The notes under the pieces were generated by a model. It was not told the origin of the DNA. It saw nothing but the letters and a program-made list of their open reading frames with translations, and did no database searches. Source: Octopus vulgaris (taxonomy: Eukaryota). From it: DNA of 64,000 bases. The DNA lies in NCBI GenBank assembly GCA_951406725.2, contig OX597824.1:3720001-3784000 (forward strand), written 5' to 3'. Below are positions 46,301 through 58,513 of this stretch, piece by piece (position 1 is the first letter of the stretch; each line of letters starts with the position of its first letter). A program made the position numbers and the translations under genes.

Positions 46301-47739
46301 GCGACGGGTGTTATACCTGCGGACTGGAGAACAGCGATAATCTGCCCAATTTTCAAGAAAGGGAGCCGCGAACACCCGCTTAACTACCGACCGGTTTCCC
46401 TTACATCAATAATCAGCAAGATGTTCGAAACCATCCTTAAGAAAAGTATGATGCTCCACCTCCAAAACACAGCCTCTATCTCTGATTCCCAACACGGCTT
46501 CGTGCCGAAGAGATCATGCTTGACCAACTTACTGGTAATGGAAGAATTGGTGACGCGCATCCTCGATGATAGTGATGCTGTTGACATCGTTTTATTGGAC
46601 TTTGCCAAAGCTTTTGACTCGGTAAACCACCGCCTATTACTTGTCAAGCTTCAAGCATATAGTTTCCATCCGGATATTGTACGATGGGTTGGTGCCTTCC
46701 TCTCAGATCGCTCCTTCCAAGTCCAAGTTAATGGTTTGCGGTCCGACGTCTCCAGTGCAAGCAGTGGCGTGCCTCAAGGTTCAGTGCTTGGGCCCTTATT
46801 GTTCTTAGTCTTCATTAATGACTTGCCCGACGACCTCACGCAACACACCCTTCTATTTGCCGACGATGTCAAACTGGTCGCTCCTCGCGGTGATATAGAG
46901 GATCTTCGTCGATGCCTCCACCAAATTTGGAGGTGGTCTAACGAATGGGACCTGTGTCTGAACGTGTCAAATTGCTGTCATCTGCCTGTTGGCTCTCCTC
47001 CTGCAACTCAACTTGATTTCGAGCCGGGTCGTCTGCTGCTGGAGAGGACCGATCAGGTAAAGGACCTGGGTATCTTGGTGGATTCCTCCTTTTCGCCTTC
47101 GGCCCAGTGCGTCCATGCTGCCAACAAAGCACGCGGAATTCTGTTCTTGATTCGACGGTCATTCGGAATGCTCACAGCAGCCATATTCCTACCGCTCTAT
47201 GTCACGCTGGTGAGACCCATATTGGAGTACGGGATTCAAGCCTCTTCTCCTTATCTCCTCAAAGACATACAGAATCTCGAAAGAGTCCAGAAGCATGGTT
47301 CATGGTCTCAAGAATTTGTCTTATGAAGAAAGGCTGAAAACGCTCGACCTTTATTCACTAGAAAAACGACGACGCCGTGGTGATCTCATTCTCGCTCACA
47401 ACATCATAAGCGGAAAGTGTAACCTCTCGAAAGAGCTGTTCTTCACTCCTGCTCCAGAGCGTCGGCTGCGGGGTCACTCCGAAAAGCTCTATCTGGGACA
47501 ATTTCATCTCAATCGAAGGAGAGGGCTTTCTCCGTCCGGGTTGCGGATCCGTGGAACAAGCTGCCAGACGAGATGGTGAAGATGCCGACGACCGCTTTGT
47601 TCAAAGTCTCCCTTGACCTCAAGTGGCCTGAACTCTTTACATGAACACCACCCTGTACATAACTCCATGTACCCCTACATGGCCTTGCTTTTTGCTTTTT
47701 GAGCCAAAAAAATTAACTAACTAACTAAAATTAACTAAC
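43400..47739 (+). mobile_element. Near full-length CR1-group LINE (ORF1, APE-RT ORF2, (TAAC)n tail), disabled
   Basis: ORF1 from ATG 43648 (premature TAG 43735) to 44826 with RLGR...RPRPIRV; endonuclease motifs YTNSCSL, IAITETWL, ILGDFNAP, SDH; RT motifs GPDGI, NYRPVSLTS, QHGF, LDFAKAFDSVNH, GVPQGSVLGPLLF, FADDVKL. Several stops and frameshifts. Confidence 0.95.
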
Positions 47740-47849
47740 ATATATATACACAGAAGGAGATATATTTAGGAGTTTACAAAGAATTTGAGATGAACTGACC
47801 TGTTTTACCATTTTTCGTTTTCAGAAAACGAAAAAATGGTAAAACAATT

Positions 47850-49000
47850 TTTTCTTATCAGCTTCCCTTCTGGTTAAAATAAACCTGCCTCCTAGCTTCC
47901 CTTCTGGCAGTCTGATACAATTCCCTGCTACCACCATTCTTCCAGTCCTTCCAAACCTGTTTCTTTTCTCTAATAGCTCTGTCAACAACATTGTTCCACC
48001 ACCACGTTATTTTGGGTCGAGGGGGGAATTTGCACCATCTACAGATCTGGTCAGTGGCCCTCAGCAGATTGTTCCGTAGAAACCTTCAGTTGTCTTCCAC
48101 ATTGTGTGAAGCTATATCTCCTTCCATTTCGTCAAAGACTTCGAGTAATATGTCTCTAAATCTCTGTCCATTTGCAGGATCTTTAAGTCTCCAGACCCTT
48201 CTTCTCCTTGCTTGTCATCTTCTGAGCATCCATTTAGCCCTGATCCTGAAGACACTAACTACCAGTCTATGTTGTGGGGTACATTCTTCGCCTGGGAAGG
48301 TTTTGGCATTTATAAGCAGCCATCTTTCCCTTTTTCTGGTGAGGATGTAGTCAATTTGACCAGTGTGTTTGCCAGAGCAGTAGGTGACTAGGTGGCTGGC
48401 AGGTTTTCTTAAGTTAGTATTGCAAACCATAAGATTATTTGTATCGCAGAACTCCAGCAGCCTGGTCCACTCCTCATTGCGGGTGCCAAAACCGTAGCCT
48501 CCATGTACACCATGGAAGCCCCCAGCATGTTGTCCAACATGTCCATTGAAGTCACCAGCCACAAAGAGAAGGTCCCTGTCATTCGTCAACGTGGTAGTCT
48601 GCAAGAGGGTGTCATAGAATCGGTCTTTCTGTCCATTGGGTAGCCCTGGCTGAGGGGCATAGGCTGAGATAATGGTTGCTAACCCATGATGGAGCACTAA
48701 TCTAATCTTAAGTATTCTGTTGCATACTCTGACTACCTCAATTACCTTATCTACCCATTTCTCCGCAAGAAGTATACCCATACCCCCAACCCCGTCAGTG
48801 TATCCTGCTCAGAAAATCTTGTACCTGTGTTCTTTGCCCGTGAGGAACCTAGCAGAACCTCCTCTCCACCTTACTTCTTGGATGCAGCACATATCGACAC
48901 ATCTCCGTTCAAGCATCTCAACAATCTCACCAGACCTACTTTTCAGTGTGCCGACGTTGAGAGTGCCAACCCTGAGGGTGTGGGAGGTATGGGCCCTAGA
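47850..49000 (-). mobile_element. RTE LINE apurinic endonuclease fragment
   Basis: RVGTLNVGTL, CCIQEVRW, IISAYAPQ, AGDFNGHVG, GYGFGTRNEE, QIDYIL, PQHRLVV. Confidence 0.92.
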
Positions 49001-49801
49001 GACTATTTATATATATATTTTTTCTAGTTTCAGCTCAGAGCTGCGGCCATGCTTATGCACCCATTATTTATCTTATTGTACACATCTGTAAATAAAGTCT
49101 TCTTCTCTCAAACAGTAGAACGGTTGTCGTCCTCATTATTCTTTTCGGCACTTATTCTTTTATACCATGTACAATGGCTTCTTCTTCTTCTGTTGTTAGG
49201 GCGACCGTGCGGCGTTACGTACGGTCGTTTCCCCTACAAGTCCTACACTCAGCAGGCAAAAAACACATGGGCCTGCCTTAACTGATGAAATAAATGGTGC
49301 CGTGGCATTCATCTTTCTGCAGCAGACTCAGCTCTCAGCGTTTGTTCGAAGCTGAAACAATTGAAGTTTTGCTTTTTTTTGTTTCTTTTTTCTTTCCTTT
49401 TCTTATCGTCGACACTTGAACAATTGCAGTAACAAGTGTTCAAATGAAAACACAGTTGCGACTTGCGGCATGTCGGCAATGGAAATTTTCCGGTTGGCTT
49501 AAAATGGTATAACATTAAAGGCTTGGTCCCTTTTTTAATTATTCATTTACAGAGAACGAGATTGTGATTTTCGTCAACATCGTACGATACATCATCAGTG
49601 TAGAAAGTGTGAAAAATTCTAGCAGTCGAAATTTCTTTCAAAGAGCCACCTTGGACTATGAGGAAAAGTGAGCATCGTATTATTATTATTATTATTATTA
49701 TTTGTAAAACAGAGAGTGCATTCCTATCGGCGCAACCCTGTCGTTCCTCGTGTCCTGTGAAACAGCCTAACCCATAATAGCACGGAGAACGGGCGTGAAA
49801 T

Positions 49802-49817
49802 GAGGATGATGATGATT

Positions 49818-49877
<60 letters not shown>

Positions 49878-49912
49878 GTGGTGGTGACGATGATGACGCT
49901 GATGATGATGAT
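49802..49912. repeat. (GAT)n microsatellite
   Basis: Direct reading. Confidence 0.95.
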
Positions 49913-50100
49913 GAATATATCCTCCAATAGGTAACGTAGGAAGAAAAAACTTGCTGTTTCTAGCAGTTCGAATGTCTTAAAAGAGCATATATTTTTCTAG
50001 GCCAAACACTTTTACTTAGATTTTGGTCATCATCATCATCATCATCATCGTCATTTCACGTCCATTCTCCATGCTTTTATGAGTTCGGCCGTTTAACAAG

Positions 50101-50333
50101 GCGCCGAGCTGGCAGAGTGGTTAGCACGCCGGGCGAAATGCGTAGCCGTATTTCATCTACCGTTACGCTCTGAGTTCAAATTCCGCTGAGATCGACTTTG
50201 CTTTTCATCCTTTCGGGGATCGATTAAATAAGTACGAGTTACGCACTGGGATCGATATAATCGACTTAATCCGTTTGTCTGTCCTTGTTTCTCTCCTCTG
50301 TGTTTAGCCCCTTGTGGGTAGTAAAGAAATAGG
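50101..50333 (+). mobile_element. SINE family B
   Basis: Full copy flanked by a gtttaaca duplication. Confidence 0.85.
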
Positions 50334-51991
50334 TTTAACAGGACATGGGGGAACTGCGGGGCTGGAACGATAGGAATGCAGTCCCTAAGTGTTTCGGAAT
50401 GTCTAATACAACCACTCGATTTTATTAACTAATATCTCATTTTCTCAGTGTTATCTCTCAAATGCGTACGTGTGTGTGTGTGAGTGCGCGCGTGTGCATT
50501 GGTGTGCCTGTGACAATGTGTAGGGAGAACTTGAGCAGAACAAAAGATACTATCAAAGAAGAAATACTTGCTTTTCTTTACTGAATTGCACGATTCAGTA
50601 AACGTGCCCTATATTTATTCAAGAATTTATTTGACCTTATTGTTTGCTTACAATCCCTTGTTTATGATGTTGGGTAATTGTGTTGGTTTTAATTGCTGGT
50701 TATTGTTTAATTCTATATCCTATGGCATTTAGGTTATATAGATCGGTTTACGAACAGCTTATAGAACTGCGGTCAAGTGGGTGCTCCGTTTAAAAGTACA
50801 TAGTGTAACAAATAGAACCGAGTACTTATGTTTTAATTCCGGTACTTATTCTATTGACCACTTCTGCCGATTCACTATCTTACGGGGTTATAAACAAACC
50901 AACACGGATTTTTAAACAGACGGGAGAACAAACAAATTAAGTACACACACATTCATACATGCATACACAGATACATGGTGGCTTCCCCCTCGCTATCGAG
51001 TATGGCCGTTGCACGAAGCTTAATCAATATTGTTATCGTGTAATGCCTGTGCAAGAAGTTTTTTTTAAAGTGAGGAAAGGCTATGCACTGAGTCGGTTCC
51101 ACTCACTAAGCAACAGCAGCCATAATCCGAAAAGAAGAACAAGTCAACATCATCGGTAACCACTGAGCCGCAGCCTTTATGTCGGAGTTATCCCAGTTAC
51201 CTGACTTACCTTCTCCTATAAGGATGTCCTAACAAAGGCTAGGAGTCCTTCACTCTCAATGGTTTAACCGCGCGATCGGGTATTCAGTCCGATTATTTCT
51301 ATGTCCCCGCGCATGATACAGTCTTAAGACATTTATTGGATGGCCGTTGACTCTCAAGAGTTCCTCCGCCCTTTCACGGGTTTTGTTTTTCATCCCGCAG
51401 GGTGTCCAATAAACACGCTCCTCACCAAGCAAGCTTGGTGGGGTTGCTGGTTTAGTCGCTGACAGCCCGACCATGCAACAGGTTGTACTGGGTTACAAGT
51501 TACCAGTAGCACTCGAAAGTGACCTGACACACATACATACATACACACATACATACATACATAATACATACATACATACATACATATATACATACATACA
51601 TACATACATACATACATAATACAGTATATCTACTATAGACTATATTCCTAATCTTACTTGTGGGTTCATCCAACACATTATACTGTTGCTATCCGTAGAT
51701 GGGGTTCTTTGGAAGATGTTGATATTCCACAAAAATGGCGAAATATCGGTATTCATCATTCCTGAATTCGATCTGAGGCGAGTTGTCTTGCTTGTCTATA
51801 ACTTTTAGGCGTTTTAAAACCCAGTGTTGTGAGAAAGTCGTGCAGCGAATCCGGTGAAGAAACAAAACATACATCGAGTATTTTATTATAAATGCAAAAG
51901 AACGCCGCGGAGGAATCGAAGTAAGTTTTGATAATAAACTGTGATTGGCGAATGAAAGACGGAAGATGGAAGATACGAGAATTTTTATTAA

Positions 51992-52091
51992 TCACTACAA
52001 TTGTTTCGACACATCTATTATCGATCCCTTACGGGTGGATACTTAACTGGTTCAGGAGCATCCAACAGTGCATATGTGTCTCTTCGGGTGA
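51992..52091 (-). ncRNA. Hammerhead-like motif with long branched stem II (Penelope type)
   Basis: Minus strand tcac-CCGAAGA-gacacat...atgtgtc-GAAA-caattg-TA-gtga: stem I tcac/gtga, 7-bp stem II, palindromic stem III, GUA site. Confidence 0.6.
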
Positions 52092-52971
52092 CAAATAGAT
52101 ATAACTAGTTAAAATAACAGTTCTACAATGTATCTTCTCATTTCGTGAAAAGAAAAGCAGCAAATTAAAGGATATAGCTCCATTTATATAGAAAATCAAT
52201 AATATAATATAATATGCAAAAAAAAAAAAAAAAGAAACGAACACGCAATACAGCGAGAAAAGTATTAAACATAACCATTAACAGATATAGATGTGGGTGT
52301 ATAAGCGCCCTCGCATGTACACTCGCTCATACAAGTATCCACGAAGATGTAAGAATACGCACACGTGTGATTTGGTGCATTTATGATCACATACCTGATT
52401 ACAAAGTCTTCCACGCATAACTAAGCTCTGAACAGTAATACAACTCCAACTTTAAACAACAAAATCCTTCTATAATATCTTTCCATCAGAACTAAAACGA
52501 AAAACTAATTATCATTCAACCATAGCTCCACTTACCCTGGAAAAAACAAAATAGAGAGTATATGAGCCGAAGATGAACACAAATCATAGCTTGATGAAGG
52601 CTAGAAGGCCTGAACTTCAAAGTCACCATCACCATTATCTTGCAACTTGAGTTTCACGTCATGGCGGTCTACAGGCAAAAACTCTTTTAAATTGGTTCTC
52701 CTTGGATAATGCGTGTATGCATGTATATATGTATGCATATATGAATATGTTTCATGCGTACATGCGTATACAAATCTGCCATCTTGTAACAGGAGATTCC
52801 ACATTGAAACGATGTATCTCTACTATTGCAAAGGAAAAAATCAATTAGTTTTAACTTTTCTGCTCTTCATATAATAATTATAAAGTGCGATGATGACAAA
52901 ATAACAGTTCAATCTCTGAAATCGTTTTCGATTTTTTAAACTTACTTTCTTCATTTTATTGTTTTGCAGGA

Positions 52972-53039
52972 ATGAAACAAGCAATATTAATTGGATTGAC
53001 CATTTTCAATTGCTGGTTATTTTTTCGTAAGTTGTTTTG

Positions 53040-53075
<36 letters not shown>

Positions 53076-56000
53076 CTAAAGATAGCTATGGTCGGTCTAT
53101 GGGGTTACCCCAGGTTTCGCATCCGTAAAGCGCTTACAGCGTTTCGTCAGACCCTAATGGCCGGGGGCCTCTGACCTATCTTCAAAGTGGTGGAACAAAA
53201 GACCTCATGGCTAGTTGTTGAACACACTGACAAAGGAGAGACCACCTGTTTAGCCTGCGGGTCCCAGGACTTCAGTTGGAATCTCGAAGTGTAAGCAGAG
53301 AAAGACTTCTGTTCTTGAATTTAAGATGTTCACTGAGTCAAGGGACTTCTTTAATATCCTCGCCGGTTCGGCTATGCACAGCTGTAGGGGCCCAGTTTTT
53401 CTAGGATCTTCTATGAGGTTACGTGTGGAGTCCCTTTCTCCTTCAGGCGCAACATGTAGCTGGCCAAAGGCGTGACATATCGTCTCTCCAGGATCCTGAA
53501 CGAGGAACTTTAGTTGGAGAGGCCTTTGCTTAAAGGTGTTCCCGGAATATTCGATGTATCATCGAATATTGTCGCTGACGATGTTGCTGCTGTTGATGTT
53601 GGTGTCAATGTCTTTGATGCTGGTGCAGGAGATATCATCGTTGGCAGAGCTAGTGTTGGTGCTGATGCTGGTGAGCGAACGGTCTTCGTCCCAGAGCTCG
53701 CAAGATGGGAGAAGTCCGAAACGTGGTACTTTACTATTCGTAAGACCCGCAGAAGAGAAAGCAGGTGAAACCCCGACACCGAGAGCATCGACGGATGGAT
53801 CAATGCGCATCCAGGCTCAGCGGTTGCGTAGGAATTCGGGGACAAGAAACAGGAAGAAAGAGTGAGAGAAAGTTGGGGCGAAAGAGTACAACAGGGGTCG
53901 CCCCCACCCACCTGCCGGAGCCTCATGGAATTTTTAGGTGTTTTCGCTCAATAAACACACACAACGCCCGGTCTGGGAATCGAAACTGCGATCCTCCGAC
54001 CGCGAGTCCGCTGCCCTAACCACTGGGTCATTGCGCCTCCACTGTTGGTGCCGTTGTTGCCTTTTTAGGTGTCTCTCTACCAATATCCAACTATTAGGTC
54101 CCTTCCAGGTGCCTTCCCATTCTGTCTACTGCTATAGCGAAGGTTTCTGCGTCATTGTTAGTGTTGGTACAGTATTCTCTCTCAGTTGTATTTAACCATG
54201 TTGCATTCAGGTTCAAATCCCTCTTTTCGTTCCAAATTTTTGACCAGAATGATTGTAGATCTTCTTGGGAGGGAGCTTTCTTAACGGTAATATTTTAACT
54301 TCCTCATCTCTCTGTATAATGCTTGTGGGTTGGAAGCAAACATACGATTGATATGGGCTCGCTCAGAAATTCGCTGGCGATAGCAGAGTTTCTCGCTCAT
54401 CGTCCTGAGTTTGTGTTTTAAAGTGATTAGCTTTCCCTCAAGAGCTCGGTGTGAAGAGTTGCCATAAAGTTTAATTAATTTTTGTCTAAGGTAGAGTCGG
54501 TGAGGTGTGAACTCATTTTTCTCCTTACATTTTATTGTTGTAGTTAACCATCCAATAATCCGGCGCACGTTGTTGGTGTTTTCTTCAAGTTTTGGTTTCC
54601 ATCTACGTTGTTTCCGTTTACTAATTTACCTACTTTGGTCAATGTAGATTTCTGCTAGGTGTTCTTTAAGAGTAATAGCGGCTGTGTATACAAGATTATT
54701 TATATTCCAGTAATTAACATCCCATGATTCCATGTGCTCTCCGGCAACATCGTCGATAACCTTAAACATTAGATCGGTCGAATTTTTACTCACTCGTGTT
54801 GGGAATAGTCTGTTGCTGAACGAAAGCTTCGAGAAAGTAGCAAATGTTTTTGCGAATTGTAATTTTAAAATGTTTTTGAGTTGGATGTATTCCACATCTT
54901 CGCTACTGAGTCAGCTAAATTCGAAGACCCACTTGAATATAGCGATGGCAGATTCTGACACATTTTCAGTGTTTTGTAAGGATCTGGAACAATTTGACTT
55001 CTTTTTTTTTCTTTACAAAGGATGCTTGTTGTCAGAGCTGTTTCGCCATGAAGGTATATGGTGACGTCGATTAAGTGGCATTCTATAATTTAATAAGCAC
55101 AAGAGAAAGAGGGGTCATCATCTTGAACGTAACGACAAGAAATTAAGAATTTACGAGACGTTTGTAATGCGTTAACAGATAAGGTTAATTGAAGGAAAAG
55201 CTTGTAACATCAGAGGAACTTATTCTTTTTGCAACCACATGTCTCCAAGTAAAATAAGGTGAACATACGCGTGTGCAAGTGGCCTGACTAAATGCATGTC
55301 GAAGAATCAACGGACAAGAGGGACACGAAGTTAGAAATGCTTTATATAAGGGATGAACCAGAAGTCCCTGACCTCCACATCATCCAGAAGTTAATTGGAA
55401 ACTTCTACAATGTTCGAGAAGGTCGAGGGAGATTACTCTCGTTAAATCCCTTTTTCGTTTTGCTTTCCTGCTTGACCGCCAGGGTTCACCATAGGTATTT
55501 AAGTTGGGATGGGGCTTCGTCCCAGTATTGTTTTACCTGCTTCATGTATCCGATGGAAAGGTCATCTCAGGCTTTTTCATGGCACCAAAGTAAATCTTGC
55601 TTTAGTTCTTTAGTCCAAGTAAAATAAGAAGAGTACGTACGTCTTCTTTGATAACTTACTGGTGAAAGTAGTTGTTTTCATCGGTGGTGACATCGTTAGT
55701 TTCCTCTGTGGTTCTGCTAGTTTCGGCCATAATTCTGCCGGTGAGATTCCATGTGGTGTAGATGTATATTTCAAAATCTGTTGAGGACAGCGCTACAATG
55801 GCGAGTAAAAGGTGTTTCTCTTATTAATTGTTGGAGATATAAACCAGTTACCGATTTAGTCTGGAGAAGTCGGCATATTTCTAGAGTTCAGTTCAATGAG
55901 AATTGATTGAACATGCTCATCCATGAAGATCCATGCCAAACCACAGATCAGCTAGAAAGCCCAACACATGGAATGCTTTCATGATACAATCAGTTGTCTT

Positions 56001-58513
56001 CACTCAATGGGTAAAATCTAAGCAATTCAACTGGCAACACAGCAGTCCCTAAGCTGTCTCTAAGCTTTCTTGTCACCTTCTCACCTTGTACAGTGTGGTT
56101 GACAAAGTTTTCAATTTGCTTAAATCTCAAAAGACTTTGGTTTGTTTTTGTTTTCCAGTCTTCAGTTTCATTCAAAAATAGAAAATGCCATTCTGGCATT
56201 CCATCTTCAGCAGTTTTTTTCCTTACTTGACTGAGAAACTGTTTTACTTTCACATAACTCATTTAGTATCCTTTCTTTCTCTCTTTCGCTACATCTCTGT
56301 TCATTTGTTGATGAGAAAATACAGTTTCCTTTCAAATTTGTCTCTAATGAAATGCTAAATTGTTCCCCAATTTCTCTTTATACTTTCCTCTTCTTCCTCT
56401 TACTGCTTTTTTCTCTTCTTTTCACTTTAAAAAAATTCCTGTTTCCCAATATTACATTACTGCTTATATGTTAATGCCATCTCTCATCAACAGGTTTCTT
56501 CTACATAGAAACTGAAACTTTCAAAGCTCCATCAAAGGAATGCAACTTAGAAGCATGGTATCTTCAAAATAATTCTGCCAGCAACAGTTTTATGCCTAGT
56601 AAGACTTTAATATGTTTGTCATTTGTCATAAACATCTCATAAAATTTATCACAATTTTTCTCTTCTTTTTTCTTTGTATATGGTACAGTTAATGTTCTGC
56701 CATATTTAGCACAAGCATTTTGTTCTGGTTGTCTTTAGTAGAGAGGTTAGTGTCACAGTATCTGGATCAGTCTCCTAACTCTACATAACATAATTGTCAA
56801 ACGAAAATGTTTTCCTAGCAGAGACCCATTCTTTTATAATTCTGAAGCCCAAATCTGTTGGGAAATCTCTCAGAAGAGAACATTTCTAGACCATTTCTCT
56901 AAGGGGATGCAATTCTATCTCTCACATCTTAAGCAATGATTATTCTGGCACAGACAATAAACTATTTGCCATTTAAAATGAAGTAGCTGTTTTTGGTTGA
57001 TATCAGTGACTAAAACTAATGAATGCTGTACCCTTCAGAGTACAGCATCCAATGTACTCTACTCCAAAAATTGAGGCCTGTAAAAGAGTTTTTACATGCA
57101 ATATAGTTTCTATAGCTATCCATCTGTATCTGTTAGTAACAACTCACTATCAAAGTTATTTTTAAGAGATTCTCTCAAAACCTCTTGTGATGCATTATTA
57201 TCATAAAAACAAATAGTATAATTACGGAGATGTACTTGCATAGCGAGTGACTTGATCTGAGATCGTGTGCTGGAATGAAAACAAGCGACGAAAATATTTT
57301 GACAAATTAAATTCAAATGTTGATGTGAATCTAACGGTTTTTGTGTGATTCTTAAATGGCTTATAAACACCTTCCACGCTGCAAATAGTGTAATATAAAA
57401 GTCAAAATGAAATTATAGAGTTTCATCTTAGAATACATTCAGTAAAATATAGAAATTTAACGAAACGGAAAATTATTATTTACAACTTTGCCTTCCATTA
57501 ATTGATAATGCCGTTTATTTTCTCTTGCAGGTATATTTTCATTTGGAAAACAGACTTATTTTGATAAAAGAGCAAAGGCATTAGAAAATATGAAAATTGT
57601 TTTTCGACCACAACCAAGTGGATCGAAGGTTGATCCATGGTATTATCATCACCATGTACCATATCAACATAATTTTAAAAAAGTTATTAATGAACCTACT
57701 CTCTGCTCTCAACATGAAAAAGTATTTCTTCTTTATACTGTTCGTACTATATACGACCATTTTGACCGTCGAGAAGTATTAAGGAATATTTTCTCAAATA
57801 TTCCAGAAGATTCTTGTGCAAAAGGTGTCCCCATTAAACACCTTTTTCTTTTCGGTAAACCAAATAATTCTACAATTGAATCCCTTATTCAAAAGGAGAG
57901 TGAAATGTATCATGATATCCTCCTGGAAGATTTCAAGGAATCTTATGTTAATGTTTCTATAAAAGCAATCATGGCATGGAAATATAGTGTGGAATTCTGT
58001 GCTAATGCTGAGTATGTTGCAGTAATGAATGATGAAGCTTTCATCGATCTGAACCGGATTGTGTCATGGCTTGGCCATGATTTATCTAAAGGCAAATATG
58101 AGGACCATTTTGCTCTTTGTTATCGTATCGGGGACTCACCGGCTTTACACAAACATATAAAACAGTTTACTTACTTAGATGAGGAAATATTGTATAGAGG
58201 AGATTTCTATCCTCCGTATTGCCATGGCTTTGGTTATATAGCACCTATTAATGTAATTAATAAACTCTATCTGGCAGCTTTGCAGAATGCTTATTACATG
58301 CCGACTGATGTTTGGATTGGTGTATTGGCAGAAATGCTAAATATTAATATAATTAACCATGAACATCAATATATTTTCACCGGAGTTTTGAAACATTATG
58401 CATCTGGGAAATATCAGAAATCTCCTATCATTGTAGCAATATGTGATTTTGAAAATATAAAAAGTGAAACAGGAAAATTAATGAGGCAACTTTATCAAGT
58501 GATTTATAATTAG
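52972..58513 (+). CDS. Beta-1,3-galactosyltransferase-like protein (GT31), two coding exons, 345 aa
   Basis: join(52972-53026,57531-58513): MKQAILIGLTIFNCWLFF(R) signal anchor, GTAAGT donor, ttgcag acceptor, in frame with ORF 57590-58513. GT31 signatures RREVLR, ESEMYHDILLEDFKESYVN, YPPYCHGFGY, DVWIG. An acceptor at 52969 implies an upstream non-coding exon. Confidence 0.88.
53075..53500 (-). mobile_element. Probable 3' end of the Dong/R4-like LINE with (CA)n-adjacent terminus
   Basis: Same strand as and downstream of 54170-55760; frameshifted QKS...YTSR..TEVLGPAG-stop loosely resembles RLE C-termini; ends at the (TG)n run 53043-53073. Confidence 0.45.
53087..53160 (-). ncRNA. Hammerhead-ribozyme-like motif, copy B
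   Basis: Minus strand gggt-CTGACGA-aacg-ctgtaag-cgc-tttacgg-atgc-GAAA-cc-tgg-gG-TA-accc; homologous to 6691-6770. Confidence 0.5.
53770..54042 (-). mobile_element. tRNA-derived SINE (family A head, different 3' tail)
   Basis: The 5' part (about 190 nt) matches 4870-5063; the 3' part is unrelated to it. Confidence 0.75.
54170..55760 (-). mobile_element. Dong/R4-like non-LTR retrotransposon N-terminal fragment, degraded
   Basis: FTWTKELKQDLLWCHEKA...IGYMKQVKQYWDE; INNLVYTAA; INRMFASNPQALYREM...PSQEDLQSFWSKIW...NATWL: the pre-RT pattern of R4-clade elements, recognised by eye. Confidence 0.7.
57531..58513 (+). CDS. GT31 galactosyltransferase-like catalytic exon
   Basis: Uninterrupted frame including the 307-aa ORF 57590-58513. 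Confidence 0.92.

Noticed and set aside
51210-51530. Possible RTE 5' UTR with an HDV-like ribozyme (minus strand)
   Set aside because: It resembles an RTE 5' region, but I could not build the nested double pseudoknot by eye.
56494-56557. Possible cassette exon in the GT31 intron
   Set aside because: 64 nt would shift the frame and the donor (gtatct) is weak.
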